Source: Mobula hypostoma
Taxonomy: Eukaryota
Assembly (NCBI RefSeq): GCF_963921235.1
Contig: NC_086097.1
Location: 198,092,001 to 198,156,000, forward strand
DNA length: 64,000 bases
Direction: 5' to 3'
Shown here: piece after piece, positions 12,916-23,519 of the stretch
Layout of the letters: every line of letters begins with the position of its first letter
Position numbering within the stretch: the stretch's first letter is position 1
Made by a program: the position numbers and the translations under genes
Notes under the pieces: model-generated
Databases searched by the model: none
Told to the model about the DNA's origin: nothing
The model's input: the letters and a program-made list of their open reading frames with translations, nothing else

Positions 12916-13704
12916 ACCCGAACATCTGGCATGTTACACATGTCTTCCACAAAGAAGACTGGTGCAAAATACTTATTCAGATCATCTGACATTTTCTTGT
13001 TCCCCCATTACTACGTCTCCAGCATCGTTTTCCAGCTGTTCAATATCCACCCTTGCATTTCTTTTACTCTTTTTACAGTATAACTGCAAAAAATTGGTAT
13101 CCTTGAATAGCTTGACTTCATATTTCACCTTTTCACTCCTTATTGCTTTTTTTGGGTGCCAGCTAGTGCACACTTCCAATCATCTTTGGCCAGCTCTTCT
13201 CTCATGCCTCTGTAGTTCCCTTTATTGATACATCAAACTTTAGCTTCTCTTTCTTGAGCTGCAGGATGAATTCTATCATATGATGATCATTGTCATATTA
13301 TGACCACTGTCTCCTCAGGGTTCCTTTACCTTAAGCTCCCTAATCAAATCTGTTTCATTACACAACGCCTAATCCAGAATAGCTAATACCCTTGTGGGCT
13401 CAACCACAAGCTGCTCTAAAAAGTCATCTTGTAGGCATTCTACAAATTCCTTCTCTTAGGATCCATCACCAAGCTAATTTTCCCAATTTGTCTTCATACT
13501 GAAATCCCCCATGAGCATCATAACATTGCCTTTTTAACATGCCTTTTCTGTCTCCCTTTTTAACTGTACCCCACATCCTGGATATAGTTCAGCGACATGT
13601 ACATAATGTGTGCATAACATCAGGGTATTTTTATCCTTGGAGTTTCTTAACTCTTCCCACAAAGTTTATATGTCTTCTGGTCCTGTGAAATTTCTAAAGG
13701 ATCT

Positions 13705-14520
13705 GAACATAGAATATGGAACATAGAACATTAGAACACAGTACAGGCTCTTCAGTCCATGATGTAGTGCTGACCTTTAAGATCAGTCTAAACCTTCCCT
13801 TTTTACATATCCTTCAATTTTTCTATCATCCATGTACCTATCTAAGTGTTTCTTAAATGTCCCTGTTACCTACCCCTACCACCACCGCTGGCCTGTATTC
13901 CATGCACTCACTACTCACTGTGAAAAGAGCTTACCTCTGGCATTCTCCCCAATACTTTTCTCCAATCAACTTAAAGTTATACTCCCTTGTATTAGCAATT
14001 TCTACTTTGGAAAACATCTCAGGCTATCCACTTAATCTTTGCCTGTCATCATCTTGTACATCTCTATCAAGTCAACGCCAATTCTGCTTTGCTTCAGAGA
14101 GAAAAGCACTAGCTTGCTCAGCCTCTCCCAAGATATTCTCTCCAATCCAAGCCGCATGCTGGTAGATCTCTTGTGCACTCTCTGTAAAGCTTCCATATCC
14201 TTACTGTAATGAGGTGACCAGAACTGAACACAATGTTCAAGTGTGGTCTAACCAGCTGCAACATCACCTTGTGGCTCTTGAACTTAGTCCCTCAACTAAT
14301 GAAAGCCAACACAACGTGCACCTTCTTAACAAATCTAACAACTAGCATGGAACTAGCATGGCAACTTTGAGGGATCTATAGACATGGTCCCCAAGATGCT
14401 TCTGTTTATCTACACAGTTAAGGATCATGTCATTAACCCTGTATTCTACCTTCAAATTCAATTTTCCAAGTAGAATCACCTGAATGTCACCTGGAATTTC
14501 TCAGTTCAGCTCTGCATCCT
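13705..14520 (-). mobile_element. CR1 3' portion nested in older CR1
   Basis: Tail AACATAGAATATGGAACATAGAACA; reverse complement encodes VRPHLEHCVQFWSPHY-like C-terminal ORF2 motifs. Confidence 0.85.
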
Positions 14521-15654
14521 ATCATCTGATTTCATTTTTGATTCACAAAGTCACCCCAGCCCCCTCTGTCCACCTGCCTGTCCTTTTGATACAATATCTA
14601 TTCTTTCGGATGTTAAGCTTCCAGCTGTGATCTTCTTTCAATGATGGCTCAGAAATTGGAAATACCTGCCAATGTTGATCTGCATTCGTATTCACCATCC
14701 TTTTCAATTTTGTATCCATTTTACCAGAAGTTAAATTCTTATGCCTTTCTAAACCCTTTGTCTTTTTTTTAATTCTGGAGACTTCTTTAACTTCTCCTTC
14801 TCTTTCCTTCCCTTTCACTTCATCCATACTTTTCTAAGCTGTGAACCCCTCCCCCCAAAGCCCTATCCACAGCCATAGCCCTGAATAGCCTGCTTTTGCA
14901 TCTTTGCTCATGCAACCAGCTACAAAGTACTATCACATTTCTGTAGGTGTGTCCTAGATTCTTAGAGACCTTTATACTGCAGTGGCCCAAACTCTCTAGC
15001 CGCTATAGATCTGCAAGCTGATATAAGCAACAGTGCTAGGAAACACAAGATGCAAAGAGCAATGCAGAATAATGACTCCCATCAAAGTACAACTTTACTC
15101 ACCTCCCTGTCCTTGTTAGGTCATTGACGCTCTGCCTGAACTGATTTTGAAAATGCCTCCTGAGGTTATCCCCCTGGTCTACCTCCAGTTATGCCATTTC
15201 AGTGTCAGTAGCATATTTCTCCTCGCCTTTGCTGGACGTCTTTCTCCATTTTCTCACCAACTCCTCTAACCCGTCAAGGCAGTGCAGTTTTAATGCAATC
15301 CAATGTTGCTTGTCTGGGATTTATTCTTACATTTCCACTTCTTTTGGTTTCAGCATCAACTCTTGTACACCCCATCTTGGAATAGCTACTTTGCGTTTGT
15401 GCCAACAATGTCCTCATCACGATGACTGCCATGGAATGGATGGCACAAAATGAAACCTGTTTGACTGATGAGCGGGGATAGCTAATATAAACTAGATGAT
15501 AAAATTTTAATAGTAGAACAAAAAAAGAGTCACCTGGAGATGAATATACATTAATAATCTCAGTTTCTAAAGAGACCCTAAAGTATGTAGGAATCTTGGT
15601 TTTATATCTGGAAGAATAGAATATAAAACCAGTACGCTATTCAATAATCTTTGC

Positions 15655-16180
15655 TCATCACCTCCCTTTGGTTTCCCAACTCCTTTCCTTTATTCCCCTG
15701 TCTACTGTATTCTTCTATCACATTACTTGTTCTTCAGCCCTTTGCCTCCTCCATCTATCACTTCCCAGCTCTCACATCCCCCTCCCTTACCCACCTACCT
15801 TCCTCCCCTCACCTAGATTCAACAATTACCTGCTAACTTGTGTTACTCTGCCTGCATCTACCTTTTTTTTTTATCACAAACAGGAGAAAATCTGCAAGTT
15901 CTGGAAATGCAAGCAACACACACAAAGTGCTGAAGGAACTTAGCTGGTGAGGCAACATCTATTGGAAAAAGCAAACAGTCGGTTTTTCAGGCCAAGACCC
16001 TTCATCGGGACTTTTTATTCTGGCTTATGTCCTCTTCCTTTCCAGTTCTGATGAAGGAGTCTCGGTCCAAAATGTTGACTGTTCATTTCCCTCCATAGAT
16101 GCTGCCAGACCGGCTGAGTTCTTCCAGCATTTTGTCTATGTTGCTCAATATTTCCAGCATCTGCAGAATGTTTTGTGTCT
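15655..16180 (+). mobile_element. Penelope-like 3' region containing a second, inverted short copy at ~15875-16012
   Basis: Pyrimidine-rich 3' UTR; degenerate hammerhead at 16043-16081; terminus TCCAGCATCTGCAGA; inverted copy flanked by TTTTAT. Confidence 0.75.
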
Positions 16181-17122
16181 TGAAAATGTTCTCTGTGGGA
16201 AAATTACAAGAAGAATTAATAAGGCAAATTAGGAATAAGTTGTACCATTTTAAAATGGTTGGCCAAATACATGAGGTAACATGAGGAGAGATATTTTTAT
16301 AGAGCGATCTATTCTGAACTAGAAAATACTGTCTGAAATAAAATTGGATGCAAATTCAATACCAACATTACAAAGAGTAGATTAACAGTGAAATAAAAAT
16401 ATTTTTACAGATAATCAGAGCACAAGGAAGAAGGGATTACGAGAAGATATTTCTAACTAAGAGTATCATGAATTAAATGGAGTTTTTTCATCCACATCTT
16501 CCAGTGACCCTATGATACCTAGAAAGAAATTGTTAATGAGCCATTATGAGTTATGTAGCCATTACTCACACACTGACATCTGGGTTCCTCTATTTTTGAG
16601 GTGTTTTGAGCAGCAGTCAATCAGTGATCGGAAGTGTGAGAAGAGGTTGCTCACTCAGATTTGCTGATTGAGTACACAAGGCATCAATTTGTTGTAGCAA
16701 CAGCCAATCAGTGATTGGGATTGATTGGCAAGAATAAATTAAAATAAAGCAGGGGAAGTGGAGAGGCCATTGTTGGAGCAGCCGTTGCAGGATTGGACAG
16801 TGTTAGAGTGGTTATTTAAGGTTTTGGCTCTTTGAGGCTTCAGCGAGGAAAGGCTTGGGTGAGAGAAAAAAAAGCTGCAGGCAGATTTTTGTTTTTCACC
16901 CAGTTTATTTATTGTTTTTTTTCTTTATATCTGTTCAGTTAGAACAGTAGGGATACCAGGCAGGATATTTGAATGCTCTGCTTGCGGAATGTGGTAATGC
17001 AGAGAGACCTCCAGTGTGCCTGACAACTATACCTACAAGAAGGGCATCCAGCCACAGTTTCTAGCAGTCAGCAATTAGCAGTTGGAGCTGGAACTGGATG
17101 AACTCTGGATCATTCAGGAGGC

Positions 17123-18853
17123 TTAAATCATTCTTAAATAGGTTTTTTTGCATCTGTATTTACTAAGGAAACTGGCATGAAGTCTATGGAATTAAGGGAA
17201 ACAAGTAGTGAGATCATGGAAACTGTACAGATCGAAAAGGAGGAGGTCCTTGCTGTCTTGAGGAAAATTAAAGTGGATAAATCCCCGGGACCTGACAGGG
17301 TGTTCCCTCGGACCTTGAAGGAGACTAGTGTTGAAATTGCGGGGGCCCTGGCAGAAATATTTAAAATGTCGCTGTCTACGGGTGAAGTGCCGGAGGATTG
17401 GAGAGTGGCTCATGTTGTTCCGTTGTTTAAAAAAGGATCGAAAAGTAATCCGGGAAATTATAGGCCGGTGAGTTTAACGTCAGTAGTAGGTAAGTTATTG
17501 GAGGGAGTACTAAGAGACAGAATCTACAAGCATTTGGATAGACAGGGGCTTATTAAGGAGAGTCAACATGGCTTTGTGTGTGGTAGGTCATGTTTGACCA
17601 ATCTATTGGAGTTTTTCGAGGAGGTTACCAGGAAAGTGGATGAAGGGAAGGCAGTGGATATTGTCTACATGGATTTCAGTAAGGCCTTTGACAAGGTCCC
17701 GCATGGGAGGTTAGTTAGGAAAATTCAGTCGCTAGGTATACATGGAGAGGTGGTAAATTGGATTAGACATTGGTTCGATGGAAGAAGCCAGAGAGTGGTG
17801 GTAGAGAATTGCTTCTCTGAGTGGAGGCCTGTGACTAGTGGTGTGCCACAGGGATCAGTGCTGGGTCCATTGTTATTTGTCATCTATATCAATGATCTGG
17901 ATAATAATGTGGTAAATTGGATCAGCAAGTTTGCTGATGATACAAAGATTGGAGGTGTAATAGACAGTGAGGAAGGTTTTCAGAGCCTGCGGAGGGACTT
18001 GGACCAGCTGGAAAAATGGGCTGAAAAATGGCAGATGGAGTTTAATACTGACAAATGTGAGGTATTGCACGTTGGAAGGACAAACCAACGTAGAACATAC
18101 AGGGTTAATGGTAAGGCACTGAGGAGTGCAGTGGAACAGAGGGATCTGGGAATACAGATACAAAATTCCCTAAAAGTGTTGTCACAGGTAGATAGGGTTG
18201 TAAAGAGAGCTTTTGGTACATTGGCCTTTATTAATCGAAGTATTGAGTATAAGAGCTGGAATGTTATGATGAGGTTGTATAAGGCATTGGTGAGGCCGAA
18301 TCTGGAGTATTGTGTTCAGTTTTGGTCACCAAATTACAGGAAGGATATAAATAAGGTTGAAAGCGTGCAGAGAAGGTTTACAAGGATGTTGCCGGGACTT
18401 GAGAAACTCAGTTACAGAGAAAGATTGAATAGGTTAGGACTTTATTCCCTGGAGCGTAGAAGAATGAGGGGAGATTTGATAGAGATATATAAAATTATGA
18501 TGGGTATAGATAGAGTGAATGCAAGCAGGCTTTTTCCACTGAGGCAAGGGGAGAAAAAAAACCAGAGGACATGGGTTAAGGGTGAGGGGGGAAAAGTTTA
18601 AAGGGAACATTAGTGGGGGCTTCTTCACACAGAGAGTGGTGGGAGTATGGAGTGAGCTGCCAGACGAGGTGGTAAATGCGGGTTATTTTTTAACATTTAA
18701 GAATAAATTGGACAGATACATGGATGGGAGGTGTTTGGAGGGATATGGTCCGTGTGCAGGTCAGTGGGATTAGGCAGAAAATGGTTCGGCACAGCCAAGA
18801 AGGGCCAAAAGGCCTGTTTCTGTGCTGTAGTTTCTATGGTTCTATGGTTCTAT
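17123..18853 (+). mobile_element. Young 5'-truncated CR1 LINE
   Basis: Nearly intact ORF2 3' half; (CTATGGTT)n tail; GAGGC duplicated at 17118-17122 and 18854-18858. Confidence 0.95.
17177..18601 (+). CDS. CR1 ORF2 reverse transcriptase, 474 aa (lacks endonuclease; frameshift near C-terminus, continues in 18582-18773)
   Basis: KSPGPD, NYRPVSLTS, QHGF..GRSCLTNL, DFSKAFDKV, GVPQGSVLGPLLF, KFADDTK. Confidence 0.93.
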   Translation: MKSMELRETSSEIMETVQIEKEEVLAVLRKIKVDKSPGPDRVFPRTLKETSVEIAGALAEIFKMSLSTGEVPEDWRVAHVVPLFKKGSKSNPGNYRPVSLTSVVGKLLEGVLRDRIYKHLDRQGLIKESQHGFVCGRSCLTNLLEFFEEVTRKVDEGKAVDIVYMDFSKAFDKVPHGRLVRKIQSLGIHGEVVNWIRHWFDGRSQRVVVENCFSEWRPVTSGVPQGSVLGPLLFVIYINDLDNNVVNWISKFADDTKIGGVIDSEEGFQSLRRDLDQLEKWAEKWQMEFNTDKCEVLHVGRTNQRRTYRVNGKALRSAVEQRDLGIQIQNSLKVLSQVDRVVKRAFGTLAFINRSIEYKSWNVMMRLYKALVRPNLEYCVQFWSPNYRKDINKVESVQRRFTRMLPGLEKLSYRERLNRLGLYSLERRRMRGDLIEIYKIMMGIDRVNASRLFPLRQGEKKNQRTWVKGEGGKV

Positions 18854-19654
18854 GAGGCAGAGAGGGTGATAGATAGGACATATAGAGAGGTACATACACC
18901 CAAGGTGCAGGACACAGGAGATTGGGAGACAGTCAGGAAAGGGAAAGCAGCCAGTGTAGAATTCCACTGTGGCCATTCCCTTCAACAGCAGGTATACCAC
19001 TTCGGATACAGTTGGGGGTGGGGCCGGGGGGGGAGTGACCTGGCAGAAGAAAGTCACAGCCGTCACATCTCTAGCAATGAGCCTGGGTCCGTGACTCAGA
19101 AGGGAAGTGGGCCGAAGAAGTGAATTATGGTGATAGGGGATTCATTAGATAGGAGAACAGAAAGGAGATTCTGTGGATGAGAACAAGTTTCCTGGATGGC
19201 ATCCAGGTCATCTTGGATTGAGTCTTCAGCATTCTTAAGTGGGAAAGTGTGCAGCCAGAGCTCGGCCACAGACAGCTGTGAAGAACTCATTACAGGACAC
19301 CCCTCCTATGGCTGGTATCTGATGGCCCAGGGTGACCTGAGAAGTTAAAATCTAGTGACGACTCGAGAGACCTGGGGAACTCAAGAGTGATGCATGGGGA
19401 ACTTAAGAGGGACCTCAAGAAGCAGGAAGACTTGAGGACCCTGAGGGAAACCTCAAAGGGAACCTAGAACGAGATCAGGGAACCTGGGAACTGAGAGGGA
19501 GGCCTGGGAGTCTTCAGGTTGGGAGAACATTGAAAAACTTTGGAAACATTGAAAAAAAACCTTGGAAACATTTAAGAAAGTCCTTGGAAACATTGAGAAA
19601 GGTCCTTGGAAAAACTGACAAGAAAGTTTGGGAAACCTAGAAGACCTAGAACTT

Positions 19655-20266
19655 TTAGATTATGAAGACATGCAGTTCTCTTTTATTGTCATTTAGTAAT
19701 GCATACATTAAGAAATGATACAATATTTCCTCCGGTGTGATATCACAAACACAGGATAGACCAAGACTGAAAAAAACTAACAAAACCACATAATTATAAC
19801 ATATAGTTACAACAGTGCAACAATACCATAACTTGATGAAGGGGAAGTCCATGAGCACAGTAAAAGTTCAAAGTCTCTCAAATGTCCCACATCTCACGCA
19901 GACGGGAGAGGGAAGAAAAACTCTCCCTGCCATACGCGACCACGGTCCAACTCTGAGTCATCCGAAAACTTCGAGCTCTGATTAGCTCTCCGACACCGAG
20001 TACTGAGCGTCATCTCTATCCAAGCGATTCGCCAACAGCAGGCAAAGCCGGGGATTTTGAGGCCTTCCCTCCGAAAGATTCCTGACCACGCGGTAACGAC
20101 AGCAGCGAACGAGCGTTTCAGAAATTTTTCCAGATGTTCCTCTGTGCTTTCACGTCCGTCTCCATCAAACCCAAATCAGAATTGTCCATGGTCCCTATTT
20201 AACGGATACGATATCATTTTTCACTGGAGGGCTGCGCACGCACGGCGCGCTGCTCTCTCTCCTCCC
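19655..20266 (-). mobile_element. Young CpG-rich non-coding retroposon with 6-bp TSD
   Basis: GAACTT at 19649-19654 and 20267-20272; 3' end ..AATGACAATAAAAGAG..CATAATCTAA; many CpGs retained. Confidence 0.8.
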
Positions 20267-20739
20267 GAACTTCAAGAACCTTCAACACTTAGGCTGGGAT
20301 GCTTAGACCTGGAAACTTGAGTACTTGAAAACATGAAACTCAAAACCTAGGGAAGGAACCTGGAAGGATTTTGCTCATAGTATTTCAACCTTCACTATTT
20401 TTCCAGAGGCAATTATGATACAGAAGGCCTTACTCTCAATTTTACAGATTGGGACAGCTTTGGCAGGATCTTCTTATTGCTGAGTTGGCTGCCTCTTTGT
20501 AGATCTGTTTCATTTGTTATATGAAAGTTCAATTCTCGCAGTCTGTATCTTGACTTTCATCAAGAGGTTAAATTCAAGGTAGCTCACTCTTGGTTTGTTT
20601 ACTTTACCTGTGTGTTTACACACTCCAGCCAGGGATCAGCTTTTGGAGCAGGGGTCTTCCAAAACTTACACTACTGACTTGCATGCTGCTTTGTTGAATC
20701 AAATAAACTTTATCAATAAGCTTGCTTGAAGTGCTCAAT

Positions 20740-21005
20740 AGTTATTCAGACCTGAATACCGAAGCTGGGAACCCGGGAACTTGTGACTTGAAAAGCTCTG
20801 AATGGAGACAGGAGATACTCAGAATATAGACTAGAGAAGCTTGGAATGTATATTTGCAACGTAGACTCAGGATACTCGAAGCGTATACTTGGGGCACTTG
20901 GAACACAGATTGGAGAAGCTCAGAACGTAAACTCCGGATATTCAGAACGTAGACTATAGAAAATTGGAAAGTACACTCAGAATGTAGACTCAGGACATGC
21001 ATTGG
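20740..21005. repeat. Degenerate ~20-bp minisatellite (approx. CTCAGAACGTAGACTCAGGATA)
   Basis: Recurrent GAACGTAGACT / GAATGTAGACTCAGGA / GAACGTAAACTCCGGATA units. Confidence 0.65.
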
Positions 21006-21810
21006 GAATAGAAGGCACCCTTGCCTCCAGCCACTGATGTCAAAATGCTGCTGGGTCTATTACTTGGCAGGGTCCTATTGTCACGGTGTGTGCTGACAAT
21101 ATCTGAACCCAAGTACAGAGGAATGATGGACTCTGATGTAGTGACAGCAATGAGAGTTTATTTATAATAATCCTAAATGAACATCAGTGGCTTGATCAAG
21201 TGACACCATGAGAAATAACATTCTCAAAGCTAGACCCCCTGATTAGTGCTTATCAGTCATCCACATAAATAATACAGGTAACACGTATTCCCTGAGCATA
21301 TCAACATAAACTTAACAAGCTTAAACTGAAGAGCCCAGGAGATGGCATTACAAAGGTTGAGCTGCTTGATAAAAACACAAGGTACTCTAAATGATTAATG
21401 GCTGTCATTAAGCAACAACTAAGGTGCTCAAAAAACCTTAGAGCCCAATGTTCTCACAGGCCTGAAGAACTCATTATACATAGAGACTGGAATTGTTGCC
21501 TGTTGATCCGTGAGCATTTTAAACATGTCGGCAGCTCCACTCTCAGCTCAATTGCCAGGATTCAATTGAATTCATCATCCCAAGCCCTGTCCTAAGGAAC
21601 CCAAAGCATGGCAGCAAATTGCTTGGAGAGTGGAATTTTGTGATTAAGTTGTTGGATAATTTGTGGGGGAGAGTGAGAGGAGAATAAAATCTCCTTGAAG
21701 ATAAATATCTGTACATACATCTGTACATGTTGGAAAAGTTATCTGCTCATTTGAAGTGGTAGCATAAAATTGAAATTGAAAAACTCACTTACAATGACGT
21801 TTCGTATGTA

Positions 21811-22539
21811 CAGGTTGAATATTCCTTATCCAAAATCTGAAAACCTTTGAAAATCCAAATATTGTTTGAGGGTTAATATGTCGCAAATGGAAGATTCCAC
21901 AAGGCTATGCAAAGGTTCCCAGGTGATGCATAGTTCTCTGTGCTTCACAGACAGTTGTGAAAAGTGACCTCACATATATAATCAACAGAAGTTAATGAAA
22001 AATAGAAAAACATTGCATGAAGTGGAAAATGAAGATCTCAATTGTTTATTGAAAAAGTGAATTTGTCAGTGTTGGAGTGAACATATGTTGCTTAATGGTA
22101 TGCTGATCATGAAATAAGCAAAGATCTATCACAACAAATTGAAAATTAGAGGTAATTGTTTCATGCACAAAATTATTATAAATATAATATAAAACTACAA
22201 CCCCCTGCATGGTACTTACTGTGGAATGAGTGTCTGTTTCAAATCAATGGCTGATATGAAGCCAATTGCAGTACTGGAACCCGATAATGGACACAGGGTG
22301 GGAATGGTCATTCAACTCTGTGTAGGACCCAACTCCATCACATCAGACTATGCTTTAACTGCTGACTGCTCACACCAGCTGTACAAAAGCTGTATATGTA
22401 ATGTAAATGGATTTTGTGTTTAGACTTGGGTTCCATCCCAAGGTATCTCAGTATGTAGATGCAAATATTCTAAACAAAAATATCTGAAACCGTAAACATT
22501 TCTAGTCCCAAGCATTTTGGATAAGACGTGCTCAACCTG
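21811..22539 (+). mobile_element. Internally deleted Tigger/pogo DNA transposon (Tigger4/Zombi-like)
   Basis: TA on both flanks; 26-bp TIRs CAGGTTGAATATTCCTTATCCAAAAT / CAGGTTGAGCACGTCTTATCCAAAAT (5 mismatches); CENP-B HTH remnant KLMKNRKTLHEVENEDLNCLLKK*ICQCWSEHMLLNGMLIMK*AKIYH at ~21983-22159. Confidence 0.9.
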
Positions 22540-23519
22540 TATTATGTGAATTGATGTTTGTATCTACATTAGGAAATATTTCCTTTTGCAACTAGTTCAA
22601 GTGAATAACCGATACATAATCATGAAAAATCTGGCAAAATCTGAGAAATCCCAATAGCATTGGTCTTACATTCTATCATTTCTATTATTCAGTGTTCCCA
22701 CCATGATTTCAAGAAAAATCAAGACACAGTAGATGTCAAAATGATTAGCTTCCCTCTTGTGTATTGGATTTGATTAACTGACACTCTGCAGATTTATATT
22801 GTGAAAGTCAGTGATGAGCAGAGAGGGCAACAGAGTCTTTCCACAACTCAATATTACACTGGCACTTGGAGACCAGAAGAGATCAGACTACGTGTTTAAG
22901 AATTTTTTTTTGTATCATAAGCAATGGACACTTTGCTGTCTGCTGCTCTCTTTATTTCTAAAATACCTTTAAAATCACAAATACTCAAAAACCTGTTCAT
23001 GGTAGGTTGGGATCTGACTATAAAATCAAAAGGGTATTCTGGGTAAGTGAAGAAATTTCTCCTCTGGGGATCTACTGTGAAACATATGATTAAATTCTTT
23101 CACACTATTCCCTGTCCCACCTTCCCAAAAGTCTATAACAAAGCCACATCTCTGTCACTAGTGAGCTAATATGTGTAAGTCATGAACTCCTATAAACATT
23201 TTACTTCTGCAGATTGGATGCAAGATCAACATCATTTAAATGAGTCTCAGATGTCAAAATGCTCCAAGTTTGAGGCAACTTTGCCCTTAATTTTCCTATC
23301 AGCCCCTACCTTCTCAGAATCTGTTGGGTTTAAACTGACTGTGTAAACTAATCTGCATGTAGCCAACCAATGAAATGCATCACTGCAAAGAAATGATTGA
23401 TATTCTGAGGCTTGAAATAAAGTATGAGATTTTGAAGGGGCTAATCAGCTTAAACACAAACATGCACACTTAGTACTGCCTCAAAATGTAAAATATCTCT
23501 CAAGTATTCAGGATTCACT

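Larger units (their letters stand above)
10688..14760 (-). mobile_element. Long decayed CR1 LINE (ORF2 endonuclease + RT), interrupted at ~12155-12915 and ~13705-14520
   Basis: LGPLLFTLYVSDLD..KFVDDTK (11129-11482); GNYRTVSLT..CLTN (11603-11965); tail ACCATAAGACATTGGAGCAGAATTAG at ~10689. Confidence 0.9.
16600..19258 (+). mobile_element. CR1 5' UTR and decayed ORF1 (zinc finger, coiled coil, SGNH esterase), split by 17123-18853
   Basis: ECSACGMW..ETSSVPDNYT..LELELDELWIIQEA before the insertion; EAERVIDRTYREVHTPKVQ and VIGDSL after it. Confidence 0.85.
19258..21478 (-). mobile_element. Pol-less derivative of a sushi/chromovirus-like Gypsy: 5' LTR 21079-21478, repeat-filled interior, PPT, truncated 3' LTR
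   Basis: GAAGAACTCATTA(C/T)A at 19280-19294 and 21464-21478; minus-strand GGCCATCAG..AGCCATAGGAGGGGTGTCC-TGTAA parallels 36660-36702; ATAGACCCAGCA (21049-21060) parallels the gag start ATGGACCCAGCG at 32209. Confidence 0.65.

Noticed and set aside
17177..18601. RT as retron, DGR or domesticated host gene
   Set aside because: Standard CR1 ORF2 with tail, TSD and 5' truncation.
19500..19650. Repeated GGAAACATTGA units as a CRISPR-like array
   Set aside because: Units are short, degenerate and nearly tandem with no unique spacers; eukaryotic TE context and no cas genes.
21063..21245. Self-priming complementarity in the pol-less LTR element (CAGGGTCC vs AGACCCCCTG)
   Set aside because: Match too short and imperfect to support.
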